The position numbers were made by a program, and so were the translations under genes. Positions 1 to 9,889 of a stretch of DNA of 50,754 nt are shown here, piece after piece; position 1 is the stretch's first letter, and every line of letters begins with the position of its first letter. Origin of the DNA: Vermamoeba vermiformis (taxonomy: Eukaryota); NCBI GenBank assembly GCA_045837725.1, contig JBEWZL010000082.1:1-50754 (forward strand), read 5' to 3'. Below the pieces are notes generated by a model. It saw only the letters and a list, made by a program, of their open reading frames with translations. It had not been told where the DNA came from and made no database searches.

Positions 1-1
1 C

Positions 2-160
2 TGTAGTGAGTCGTCCGAGTAAATAATGAGGCGTGGTATTCAGTGTAAGATAAGGCTTAACAAGCCTGATTTTTATTTAGGTATACAAATACAGTTTATC
101 AACCGACGGAATCACATCTGTGAATCCGCAGCACGTGGAGTGTAGATCTACTCCACTACA
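2..160 (-). repeat. 3' LTR (159 bp)
   Basis: TGTAGTG...CACTACA terminal inverted repeat; base-for-base identical to 6512-6670; minus-strand AATAAA. Confidence 0.97.
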
Positions 161-175
161 TTCCTCCCTTCTTTT
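161..175 (-). promoter_or_regulatory. Polypurine tract (PPT)
   Basis: Minus strand AAAAGAAGGGAGGAA directly abuts the 3' LTR. Confidence 0.9.
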
Positions 176-205
176 AATTGCTCCCCTATATTAGAGTGGT
201 CAGCT

Positions 206-3200
206 CTATCTTCGACGCTGTGCGTCTTGAATCTCGACGTCAAATGTCTCTTCGAAATTTGCTAGACACGTTCTTAAAAAGTCAATGAACTCGTCATGAT
301 TTTTAAGAGCGGTAATTTGTCTTGCAAAATTTCTTATTCTGTTACTACCGGTAATATTAGGTGAAGTAAAGATATTCTTTAATTCCTTTTTGACAGGTGC
401 TATATTTAGCGACGGATCCTTATCACGATATTGAACATAAACGTCGACAAGAGCATTATATAGCTCCTTTTTATGTAAAGGTTCGTTCCACGTTTCAATA
501 AACTCTGATTTCGGAATTTCAACCGGTGGATTTGGTGCGATATTTTCAGAATAGAATTGTGGTAATTTTTCCTTTACTGGTTCGACTTTATTCTCTACCT
601 TAGGGTAGTGAATATCATGTATTCGGCGTTTAACGTCCTTAATTAGAGGTTTTAATTCGTTGTTATTCATTTCCTCCCTTCTTTTAGTTAATGATGCTTT
701 TAACGCCTCTAGTTGATCAATATTACCAGATTCATCTATAATTTTGCGAATAATATCGCTATCCGATAATATTGGTTCATAATCTGTCATTGGAATATCG
801 ACGAAATTCGGATCTGGTACTGGAACTATGTCCTCGACCTGATTCGTAATTTCGCGCATTACTGGTAGCTCTACGTATTGTTTCTCTCCTCTTTCAACGG
901 CAGGGTCAAAACTGTCGTTCTCGTGTAATGAGACGAATTCTTTAGGAGTACCAAGCACTGAGGTACACGGTTTTAGGCGGTCTACGTGCACTGTCTGCTT
1001 GAGTGTCGTACCATCTGGTTTCATTAATCGATAGTTAACGGGACCTACTATCTCTTTAATCCAGTACGGTCCTGACCATGGTATACTAAGCTTTAATTTA
1101 GGTGCGTCAACACCTCGTGCCGGCCAGTAAAACCACACTCGTTCACCCAACTCGTATGAAACATCTCTTCGATTAAGGTTATAGTACTCCGTCTGTCTTT
1201 CACGAGCGAGTTTGAGTCTATTCGAAACATCTGCGTGCATGTTTTTAATTCTTTCCTTAATGGCTTCGAGACCATTCTTACTACTCGTTAACAATTCTAA
1301 TGACACATCGGGAAACTTAAAGTCAACCAATGGGCGCGGTGAATATGTTCTTAATAACTCGAACGGCGAGTAGCCAGTTGAGGTATGTGGTGTGTCTCGG
1401 TATGCGTATTGTACGAAGGGTAAGAACAAATCCCAATCACCTTGGTTGTCATGTACGTACATCGATAGCATTACGCACAACGTGTGGTTAAACCTCTCAG
1501 TTAAACCATTAGTTTGCGGATGATACGATGTCGAAGGAGCATGTTTCACTCCTGACGCTTCAGCTAGCGCCTTAAATACTTGACTCATGAATTGTGAACC
1601 ACGGTCGGAGATTATTCTCGACATGGGTCCATATTCTAACAACACTTTCAAGAATTTCTTCGCTACTGTTAACGCAGTAATATCTTTTAAGCGGAAGCAA
1701 ATAGGGAATTTCGTAAAATAGTCAGTGAAGACTAGAATGTATCTATATTTACGTGGTGTCATCGGTAACGGTCCGAGAATATCAACTCCTACTATATCGA
1801 ACGGGTGTTTCGCTTCGATGGCTTGCATTTTTCCTGCTTTCAAGACTCGTGGGGTCTTCTTAGCGATACACTTTACGCAACTGCGCACGTGATCACTAAT
1901 TGATTTGTACATTTTCGGCCAAAAATATCTTGATGCGATCAAATCGAATGTCCTTTGAATACCTTGATGGGCACCCAATGGATCATTGTGGAAATAATGC
2001 AATATTTCTTCACGATACTGTTCTGGTACTACGAGTCGAAGTCCAGCTGTCACTGAATGTTTTCGTTGCGGATAGTATCCGTGATACAATACTCCATCAA
2101 CCATGCAGTACAGTTCTGATTCAACTAGTATTCTCTTTGCGACGCGTCTATTATTGGGTAAGTGATCGTCTTTCAGATACGCAATAATTTTTCGCAATGT
2201 ACGATCTTTGCTTTGCAATTTTGCTAATTCCTTCGGATCAACAGTATCAGCGAATGTATCGTAGGATTGAATAAGGTTAACGGGTAGTCTTGATAACCCG
2301 TCAGCGTTTGCGTTCTGTGCTCCCGGTCGCGCTATCACGTCAAAGTGATAATCGCTCAGTGTCATTCTCCATCGTGCGACTCTACCGTTATGATTTTTGA
2401 ACGAATCAATATGCTCTAACGGTTTGTGATCAGTCATCACGACGAATTTCTGACCGTATAAGTACGCAAAAAAAAAAAAAAAGTGTTTAATACTCTCGAC
2501 CATTGCTAAACACTCTCGTTCCATGATAGCGTATTTCCTTTCACTATCGGAGAATTTCTTTGAGAAGTACGCGATGGGATGTTCACTATTGTCGTAGTAT
2601 TGAGTTAATACTCCTCCCATCCCATAGTCACTCGCATCCACTTGTAGAACGAACGAAACGTTCAATCTTGGGTACGCAAGGACTGGTTGTTTCGCTAACG
2701 CTTTCTTTAACCTGTTAAATGACCGTCTGACATCACTATCAATACAAAAAGGTGCATTCTTACGCAATAATTCGGTTAACGGTCGACTTATGCTGGCATA
2801 ACCACGAATAAATCGCCTGTAATAACCTGTCATTCCTAGAAATGCTTTGACATCAGTAACGCTTTGCCATAAATCGATATCTAACTTGTTAATCGCTTCA
2901 ATCTTTGTCGGATCTGGCGACACGCCGTTGAAATCAATCTTATGTCCTAGGTACGTAGTACTATCTTCACCGAACGAACACTTGGAACGTTTCAGTTTCA
3001 AATTAGCGTTTCTTAGTCTATCAAATACACATCTAAGATGGACCATGTGTTCTTCGAAAGTTCGTGAGAAAATCAAAATATCATCGATATATACGAGACA
3101 CATTTTCCAATTCAATCCTGCTAGTACCAAGTTCATTAAACGTTGGAATGTCGCTGGCGCATTCGTTAGGCCAAACGGCATCACGTTATATTCGTAAGAG

Positions 3201-4780
3201 CCTTCCTCCGTTATGAAAGCTGTCTTTTCTTTATCTTCTTCAGCTACTGCGATTTGATAATAGGATTGAACCAAATCGAGCGTAGTGAAATATTTCATGC
3301 CATCAAGACGTTCTAAAACATCTTCGATGCGCGGAATTGGGTACACATCTTTCTTCGTTACGCTATTCAGCTGTCGATAATCGACGCAGAATCGTTTAGT
3401 ACCGTCTTTCTTTTGTACTAGCAGAATTGGACTAGACCATGGTGAACTCGATGGTCTTATAATACCAGCTTCGAGTGAGTCTTGTATATACTTCGATACG
3501 AAAGCCTTTTGACTTATTGGCGTCCAATAAGCTCGTTGTTTGCGAGGTGGGCCGTCAGTATAAATTCTATGCGTAACTAGCGGCGTAGTTGATCTAATAT
3601 CAACGGAAAACAGATCTTTATATTCCTCTAGGAATTCGATCATGATCTTTCTCTGTTCTTCTGTTAACCGTTTCGCAATTCCCGAACTAGAAGGTTCATC
3701 AACCGGCTTGGAATTAGAATGGGCGTCTTTGATAGAGGTTACCCTCTCATTCGAATCTTTCAAACGCATTTTCTCAATTTTCCGAGTCAGTTTCAGAACT
3801 TTGCGTCGAATCTTACGGGGCATATCATCTGGTGATTTATCACTCTTTGATGTATCTACGTAAGCAGAATCAGTATTTCTACTATCATCAGTGGTTTTGA
3901 CACTGTTCGACGAATCATTCGGCTTCGCAGCATTAGTCTTTTCTTCAAGGGCATTGAGCGTCAGAGCCTCTCCTTTCTCATCGCACCATATCTTTACATT
4001 ATCTGACGCATATGCTATTGGTAGATTGCCCGAGATACTCAAACAAACGTTATGCGAAGTATTGGTGATAAAGACATCGACGTAACCATCTTTGACAGTC
4101 CGTAATTGCAATGGTACTTGTCCATGTGAGAGTTTGAACTTCGTCGATTCTATCAAATAATCACCATCTTTAACTACACCTTTAACCTTTGCTTTCACGT
4201 TCATTCCTGAAAGCGGTTTAATTACAGCTCGTTGTACTGACATTACGAGTTGACCAGGCGGTTCTACCAACGCCGTAGTCACTCTGTTCGATGTTCCCTT
4301 TAGCACCTCGTCGGCCTTATCACTTACACCGGGTCGACTAAGCTCCTTTCGGGGCCAGATAACCTCGCCTTCGCACACAATGCGAGCTCCAGCAGCATAG
4401 AGTACGTTAGTCCCAATGATAAGTGGGAACGAAATTTCGGGTACGTACAAAGCGTACACTCTGATTGGCGTTGCCACCAATTGGATTGTGATATCCACGA
4501 ATCCTTTGACGGGCATTAGCTCGTCGTTAGCGGCTTTAATCATATGCCCGCTATCAGTAGAAGTCACGACCAAGTTCAAAGAGTCAACAAGCTTTTTATT
4601 TATCACTGTTACAGCAGCACCAGTATCGATAAGAGCTCTCGGTACTGTGCTTCCATTCACGACCACTTTCGCTTCAGCGACATTGCTAACAGTGCCTTTT
4701 GGAACAGTTATCGTTGACAAAGTCGCGACAATGAAAGGGTTGTCTTCGTCAGTTGACTCTTCTGACTCGGTCGAATCGAG
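206..4780 (-). CDS. pol: Pol polyprotein: aspartic protease, reverse transcriptase, RNase H, integrase with GPY/F motif and C-terminal extension
   Basis: LIDTGA (PR); RFCVDYRQLN, MPFGLTNAPATFQ, YIDD (RT); VDASDYG, TDHKPL, NANADGLSR (RH); HHCC, SDRGSQF, NGLTERFN, WSGPY (IN). The frame is open from 4780, directly after the gag stop; the ORF track's 4720 start is TTG. Confidence 0.96.
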   Translation of the reverse strand, partial: LDSTESEESTDEDNPFIVATLSTITVPKGTVSNVAEAKVVVNGSTVPRALIDTGAAVTVINKKLVDSLNLVVTSTDSGHMIKAANDELMPVKGFVDITIQLVATPIRVYALYVPEISFPLIIGTNVLYAAGARIVCEGEVIWPRKELSRPGVSDKADEVLKGTSNRVTTALVEPPGQLVMSVQRAVIKPLSGMNVKAKVKGVVKDGDYLIESTKFKLSHGQVPLQLRTVKDGYVDVFITNTSHNVCLSISGNLPIAYASDNVKIWCDEKGEALTLNALEEKTNAAKPNDSSNSVKTTDDSRNTDSAYVDTSKSDKSPDDMPRKIRRKVLKLTRKIEKMRLKDSNERVTSIKDAHSNSKPVDEPSSSGIAKRLTEEQRKIMIEFLEEYKDLFSVDIRSTTPLVTHRIYTDGPPRKQRAYWTPISQKAFVSKYIQDSLEAGIIRPSSSPWSSPILLVQKKDGTKRFCVDYRQLNSVTKKDVYPIPRIEDVLERLDGMKYFTTLDLVQSYYQIAVAEEDKEKTAFITEEGSYEYNVMPFGLTNAPATFQRLMNLVLAGLNWKMCLVYIDDILIFSRTFEEHMVHLRCVFDRLRNANLKLKRSKCSFGEDSTTYLGHKIDFNGVSPDPTKIEAINKLDIDLWQSVTDVKAFLGMTGYYRRFIRGYASISRPLTELLRKNAPFCIDSDVRRSFNRLKKALAKQPVLAYPRLNVSFVLQVDASDYGMGGVLTQYYDNSEHPIAYFSKKFSDSERKYAIMERECLAMVESIKHFFFFFAYLYGQKFVVMTDHKPLEHIDSFKNHNGRVARWRMTLSDYHFDVIARPGAQNANADGLSRLPVNLIQSYDTFADTVDPKELAKLQSKDRTLRKIIAYLKDDHLPNNRRVAKRILVESELYCMVDGVLYHGYYPQRKHSVTAGLRLVVPEQYREEILHYFHNDPLGAHQGIQRTFDLIASRYFWPKMYKSISDHVRSCVKCIAKKTPRVLKAGKMQAIEAKHPFDIVGVDILGPLPMTPRKYRYILVFTDYFTKFPICFRLKDITALTVAKKFLKVLLEYGPMSRIISDRGSQFMSQVFKALAEASGVKHAPSTSYHPQTNGLTERFNHTLCVMLSMYVHDNQGDWDLFLPFVQYAYRDTPHTSTGYSPFELLRTYSPRPLVDFKFPDVSLELLTSSKNGLEAIKERIKNMHADVSNRLKLARERQTEYYNLNRRDVSYELGERVWFYWPARGVDAPKLKLSIPWSGPYWIKEIVGPVNYRLMKPDGTTLKQTVHVDRLKPCTSVLGTPKEFVSLHENDSFDPAVERGEKQYVELPVMREITNQVEDIVPVPDPNFVDIPMTDYEPILSDSDIIRKIIDESGNIDQLEALKASLTKRREEMNNNELKPLIKDVKRRIHDIHYPKVENKVEPVKEKLPQFYSENIAPNPPVEIPKSEFIETWNEPLHKKELYNALVDVYVQYRDKDPSLNIAPVKKELKNIFTSPNITGSNRIRNFARQITALKNHDEFIDFLRTCLANFEETFDVEIQDAQRRR

Positions 4781-6487
4781 TCAGTCATCTCTCTTTCTCT
4801 TTCCAAGGTAAGGGCGATCACGATCATCATAATGACGATCTTGGTGACCTCCGCGACCTCCTTGGCCATAGCCATCACGGCGATCTTGGTGTCCTCCGTG
4901 ACCACCTCGACCTCCTCTGCCACCTCTGCCACCTCTGCCGCCTCTACCACCGCGAGTACCGGTTCTACAGTCTCTCGCGAGATGGTTCCTGCCGCCGCAC
5001 TTGAAACAGACGCCTGCATTTCGGAGTGCGTTAAGCATCTCAACGAAGTTAGGCACTGCATCTGTCTCATCTTGTTCCGTGTAGACTTCAAGTTGCGGTT
5101 GAGGGGCTTGCACGACGTTCACCTTGGCGGGGGCTGGAGCTGGCGCGTCGATGAGCTTGAGGTTCTCGTGGTCAACGACCCATTGTGTCATGGCCTCGTA
5201 GGACTCGAGTCGATCCAGGTTGAGTTCAGCTTGGGCACGCATCGCTGGCGGTAACTTGTCCAAGAGTAACAAGATCTTGGTTTGTTCGTCACAGTCAGCA
5301 TGGTGAATGAAGCAATGGTTGAACTCGGCGATGAAGATCGGCGCAGATCGTCGTAGATCCCAACGATAGTTGCGAGCAGCTTGTTGAGCGTGCATTCTAT
5401 TGCCAGGTGATGGATAGGTTCGCAAGAGCCAGTTCGCAGCTTGCGTGATTGAAGCAGTATTCACGTCATATCGAGAATTAAATAACGCTCGTGGAGCGTC
5501 ATCCAGGCATTCATGAAAGAAAACCACTTTCTGTCGATCCGATAAATGGTTTGACGTGCATATGCTCAGAAAGTTCGTTAACCAAGTCTTCGTGTGCCCG
5601 TTGTTGGTCTCGGGGTTGAAGATTTTAAGATTCTTTGCCTTTCTTGCTTGATCAAGACTACTGGATTTCTCCGGTGGTACAAAACCTTGCGCAAAAGGTT
5701 GAGAAGCTGGTTGGGGTTTCTTTGGACTCGCTTTTGGAGTAACAGGGACAGGTCTTTCGGTTTCTCGAGTTGCATCCAAATTCGCGGTTAGATTCGCGAT
5801 CTGACTGGCGACTCTACGGTCCACCAATTCTTCTAAATTTCGAGAATCAAAGGAGCGACTTTCAACATCCTCTCTCCACAAACGTAAAACATCATCAACG
5901 GTTAAATCAGCATCGCGTGATAAATCGTCGATGAAATTTCGTACGGAATTTGTCGGTTGGCCTGTAAATTGATTAACCGTCTGGGAGTTATCCCTTCTGG
6001 ATTCACCAAATATAGGTCCTTTCTTCGCGGGTGTCTTTGGCGGAGTCACCTTCGCGTTAGGTGTTTCGGCACCAGATTTGGCCGTCGATCTGGGTGGAGT
6101 ACTCGTCTTAGGTGCAGACGCTGGCGTAGTAGTTGTCTGACGATTCTCTTGTTGTTCTCCACCGGGTTGGCGACGCGTTGCTTGATCATACGTTGCTGCA
6201 AAACCTTGTTCAAGCTCCTGGCGGATCTGATTCAGTTGCTCCTGCAGTACGTTGTCGATGTTCATAGGCTGGCCGTTATTATTGTTAACACTTGTGTTGA
6301 TTGCAGCAGGCTCAACTTCCATTGACTCGATGTTGACAGGCGTGTCATCGACGTCATTGTGAACAGTTGTGGCAGTCAGTGTAGGCGGATCAGCAGTTGG
6401 TACTTCAGCAGCAGGAACGGTTCTTCTATTTCCCCTCCCTCTTCCTTTGGCGGGAGTCTTAATGTGCGGAGATGTAGCGCGAGACAT
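4781..6487 (-). CDS. gag: Gag with CCHC zinc knuckle and RGG-rich nucleocapsid tail
   Basis: CFKCGGRNHLARDC knuckle, (RGG)n tail, capsid-like central region; first ATG at 6487 (the ORF track's 6511 start is TTG). Confidence 0.93.
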   Translation of the reverse strand: MSRATSPHIKTPAKGRGRGNRRTVPAAEVPTADPPTLTATTVHNDVDDTPVNIESMEVEPAAINTSVNNNNGQPMNIDNVLQEQLNQIRQELEQGFAATYDQATRRQPGGEQQENRQTTTTPASAPKTSTPPRSTAKSGAETPNAKVTPPKTPAKKGPIFGESRRDNSQTVNQFTGQPTNSVRNFIDDLSRDADLTVDDVLRLWREDVESRSFDSRNLEELVDRRVASQIANLTANLDATRETERPVPVTPKASPKKPQPASQPFAQGFVPPEKSSSLDQARKAKNLKIFNPETNNGHTKTWLTNFLSICTSNHLSDRQKVVFFHECLDDAPRALFNSRYDVNTASITQAANWLLRTYPSPGNRMHAQQAARNYRWDLRRSAPIFIAEFNHCFIHHADCDEQTKILLLLDKLPPAMRAQAELNLDRLESYEAMTQWVVDHENLKLIDAPAPAPAKVNVVQAPQPQLEVYTEQDETDAVPNFVEMLNALRNAGVCFKCGGRNHLARDCRTGTRGGRGGRGGRGGRGGRGGHGGHQDRRDGYGQGGRGGHQDRHYDDRDRPYLGKRKRDD

Positions 6488-6499
6488 GTTGAGATTCGT

Positions 6500-6510
6500 C
6501 GGGCGCACCA
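6500..6510 (-). promoter_or_regulatory. Primer binding site (tRNA 3' end complement, possibly tRNA-Gly)
   Basis: TGGTGCGCCCG one base after the 5' LTR; TGG pairs with tRNA CCA. A GCG-initiated acceptor stem with discriminator A fits eukaryotic tRNA-Gly (inference). Confidence 0.8.
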
Positions 6511-6511
6511 A

Positions 6512-6670
6512 TGTAGTGAGTCGTCCGAGTAAATAATGAGGCGTGGTATTCAGTGTAAGATAAGGCTTAACAAGCCTGATTTTTATTTAGGTATACAAAT
6601 ACAGTTTATCAACCGACGGAATCACATCTGTGAATCCGCAGCACGTGGAGTGTAGATCTACTCCACTACA
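6512..6670 (-). repeat. 5' LTR (159 bp)
   Basis: Identical to 2-160; followed on + by GTACC, the candidate target-site duplication (base 1 = C agrees). Confidence 0.97.
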
Positions 6671-6969
6671 GTACCAAGCAAGATCTGCGACAAGACGAAG
6701 CCCTGGTGAACCCCTCGAAAGAGCGCGAACAAACACTCGTGAGCAGGCAAGAAGGCACGGAGTTAGCCCATAAATTAGGCGCCGTTGCCTACCTTGAGTG
6801 GTAAGTGCAGTGTCGTCGTTCCTATTGTAATAGTCATAACTAATTAGCACGTAGCTCTTCATTGACGCAAAGTGGTGTTAAAGAAGTGTTTGAAACGGCG
6901 CTCGCTGCCTCTGTCAAGATGAAAAGGCTGACTGGACAGATCCGAGACCGAGAGTGTGCCATGATGTGA
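6671..6969 (+). pseudogene. 3' half of a Rho/Rac-family small GTPase gene interrupted by the retrotransposon
   Basis: (G)TKQDLRQDEALVNPSKEREQTLVSRQEGTELAHKLGAVAYLEC / intron 6801-6854 GTAAGT...TAG / SSLTQSGVKEVFETALAASVKMKRLTGQIRDRECAMM*: G4 TKxD, G5-like ECSS, Rho insert and CaaX box. Confidence 0.9.
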
Positions 6970-7195
6970 AGCTACAGTCGCCAAGGCGAGTGCTTATGTA
7001 GAATAGTGCCTTTTAAAAAATCGATCTTTTTATTGGTTCGCCTCTTCTCGATATTGCAGTTCTGTCGTTTTGTGTGAACCCTAACGAGCGTGTGCTCGGT
7101 GTGCAAAAAAAAAAAAAAAAAGCTGGAAGGAAATTACCCATTTTAATTATCAAAATAATACGCTCTCCACAACAGGTTGCAAATAATATAATAAA

Positions 7196-9448
7196 ATGGT
7201 AAGTTGAGCATTTAATTGTGGATTTGGCAAGTTTGAGTAGAGCTGGACTAATCCGCCATTAGGAGAGGTCCTCTCGTAGCGACAGAGATAGTCAACGAGA
7301 CAGTCAAGATAATGCTCTGCTTGAAGAAGACGAGGAGAATAATGAATGGGAGATTGATACAGATGATGAGAAACATAAAACAACCTGTGGTGAGCGGATC
7401 TGCCGAAAGGTAAATTAATTTAATAGCTTCAAAATAATACCAATTATGTGCCTTCGTTTCCGCTGATTAATTATTAATTTAAATTTTTTCGAATTTATTT
7501 TTCGAAATTTTGCGCCAGATCCGTACTAACTCCTTATTTACCAACCATAGAAAAGGCACCGTTATTTATTTGTAGGAGTTGGTGGTGGATTAGTTGTGGC
7601 TGTTATATTGACGGTATTTTTGGCCGTCACCATCCCATCGATTATCAGAAACAATCCTCAATCATCAACAAGGTATGCAACAAAATAATAATAATTAATG
7701 CTCAAATAATTATGATGATTTAATCAATAATGTACAACCCTTCAACTTTCAGATCCGAAGATCTGCAGAAAATTCTAATTTCATCAACCAGTGCAATTTA
7801 ATTATTCGGATAATATTATATTTATACAAATAGTAATCCTTTATTTACAATAATTAATCTTTTATTCAATTTAACAGCAGAGATATTTTAATTTTGATCT
7901 CCTTCGATGGCTTCAAATACGACTACTTAAGCAAAAAATACACGCATCCAAACTTCGATAAATTAATGTCACAAGCTATCACTGCCCCAATCAAGCCTGT
8001 ATTTCCGACTAAGACCTTTCCCAATCATTATTCGTTGAGTACGTATTCCAACACGCACCTTTACAGTCATAAAATCACACTGAATTTTCATTATAATACT
8101 CATTTAGACATAATCCCATCATTTAATATAATAACAGTGCCTATTAGATATTGTATATGATATTGTTATAGTATTAATTGTTCTTGTCTAGTCACGGGCC
8201 TGTATCCAATTCACCATGGCATCGTGGATAATTCATTCTACGCGCCAGAGCTCAATCAAACCTTCTACTATCGCAATTACACAACTCAAAATCCCGCGTT
8301 TTGGCTTGGAGAACCTTTTTGGAATACAGTCAAAAAAGCAAACATGAAAAGTGCTACATTATTTTGGCCCGGATCTGAGATCTCGATCAACGGTCAACAG
8401 CCCGATTTTTGGTAAATACTCATACATAGTTATTTAAGATTATGATATCTAACCTGCACAAGGATGGCGTATGATGGTGCAATGACCGTGTCAGAGCGCA
8501 TTGAGCGTGCCATGGACTGGCTCGACAGCGATGACAAGCCACAGTTTGTGACCGTAAGACACATACGACGTGATTATACTCGCCAGTCTAACACAACATC
8601 ATAGCTCTATTTCGATGGCATTGACACTGCAGGACACATCTATGGTCCTGATTCAGTTGACATGGCGGTATGACGCGTGCAATATTTCACGCATGATTTT
8701 GTAATGACATTTTGACACGTTAGAGCGCGATTACAAACTACGCAGATGACGCGTTGGGTAAATTAATGAGCGCCATTGCAGTTCGCACAACTGCGTTAAT
8801 GAAGTTCAAGTTGGTCGTGGTTAGTGACCACGGCATGGCTCAAATGAGCGAGTCACGTGTCGTTTTTATTGAAGACTACGTCAACCTCACTGATGTCAAC
8901 GTGTTGCGCTGGTCACCTGTAGTGCAAATGTGGCCTAAAGATATGAATATGTTAGATAGTATCATGACCAGCCTGTCCAAGTAAGTCACTTGAACCTTTG
9001 TTTGACACGTGTCATTTTTTAACTTCGAATTAGCCTCTCGAACGCTAAGGCCTACAGAAGAGAAGAACTTCCTGTTGAATGGAACTACTCGAATAGCTCA
9101 AGAGTGGCACCTATTGTTGGTATGTATTGAGTATAAGTTATTTTGAGTTTAACTAAGCGTTGTGAAGTCGTCGCGGATCTGGGTTGGACAATCACCACTC
9201 GATCGTATTTCAGAGCTAATTGGTTTAAATTCAACGGTGGTGATCATGGCTTCGACCCTAAGTACACAGAAATGAACGGCATATTCATTGGCAAAGGTGA
9301 ACCATTCCTGTCAAATGCGACGTACAGCCAGATCCAGTCCGTTGACGTGTACAATATTCTCGCCCACTTGCTTAATGTCACATCGTATGCGGCACCCAAT
9401 GACGGATCGTTTTATTGGGACATGTTTACCAATACTACAACTCCTTAA
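7196..9448 (+). CDS. Ectonucleotide pyrophosphatase/phosphodiesterase (ENPP/NPP family), type II membrane protein, multi-exon
   Basis: LISFDGF, PTKTFPNHYSL, FWPGSE, DTAGHIYGP, VVSDHGM, GDHGFDP motifs; N-terminal TM (FVGVGGGLVVAVILTVFLAV); first coding exon is only ATG. Confidence 0.93.
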
Positions 9449-9889
9449 ATACTGATGTAAATACATATTTCTCGTTTACATCTGTGCCCTTATAATTATT
9501 ATTATCATGCCCTTCGATCCTATTATTCTATTGCTTTAAAAACTGGATGGTATAAAAGCGAAATTACACAAGGGAACCATAAAACCAAATAATGTTCTAA
9601 AAAGCTTTAAATGCAATAGAAAAATCAGTGTAAGTAGTATTTACATGTAGTATAGATTTGTAACGCCAAGGCAATAATACCGCAGCAAATTTTGACCGAG
9701 AAATTAAAAGTTGACATCCCGAACACCGAGCCATTTGCGGAATTGATTCTCGTGTATTGCACGAACATTAGCATAATGTATTGTCTTTCTTAGATTTTTC
9801 TGCCTTGCCTGGTTGTTTTCGAAGATTGTGTCACAAATACAACCGGTTTAAATTCAAGGCCACTGTCTGTCCACCACAATTGCTTACTA

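Larger units (their letters stand above)
2..6670 (-). mobile_element. Full-length Ty3/gypsy LTR retrotransposon
   Basis: Two identical 159-bp direct repeats with TG...CA ends flank gag and a pol in PR-RT-RH-IN order; PBS and PPT in the expected positions. Confidence 0.98.

Noticed and set aside
4708-5091. Overlapping minus-strand ORF as a frameshift bridge between gag and pol
   Set aside because: It ends at 4708 before the protease, and gag and pol are already in the same frame; a by-product of the RGG repeat
6671-6800. tRNA gene next to the element (DGLT-A/Ty3-like targeting)
   Set aside because: The flank is a Rho GTPase exon; no cloverleaf or A/B boxes
7077-7099. AACCCTAAC plus a small hairpin as telomerase RNA template or telo-box
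   Set aside because: Single 9-mer with no pseudoknot or other support; the telomere repeat of this organism is unknown
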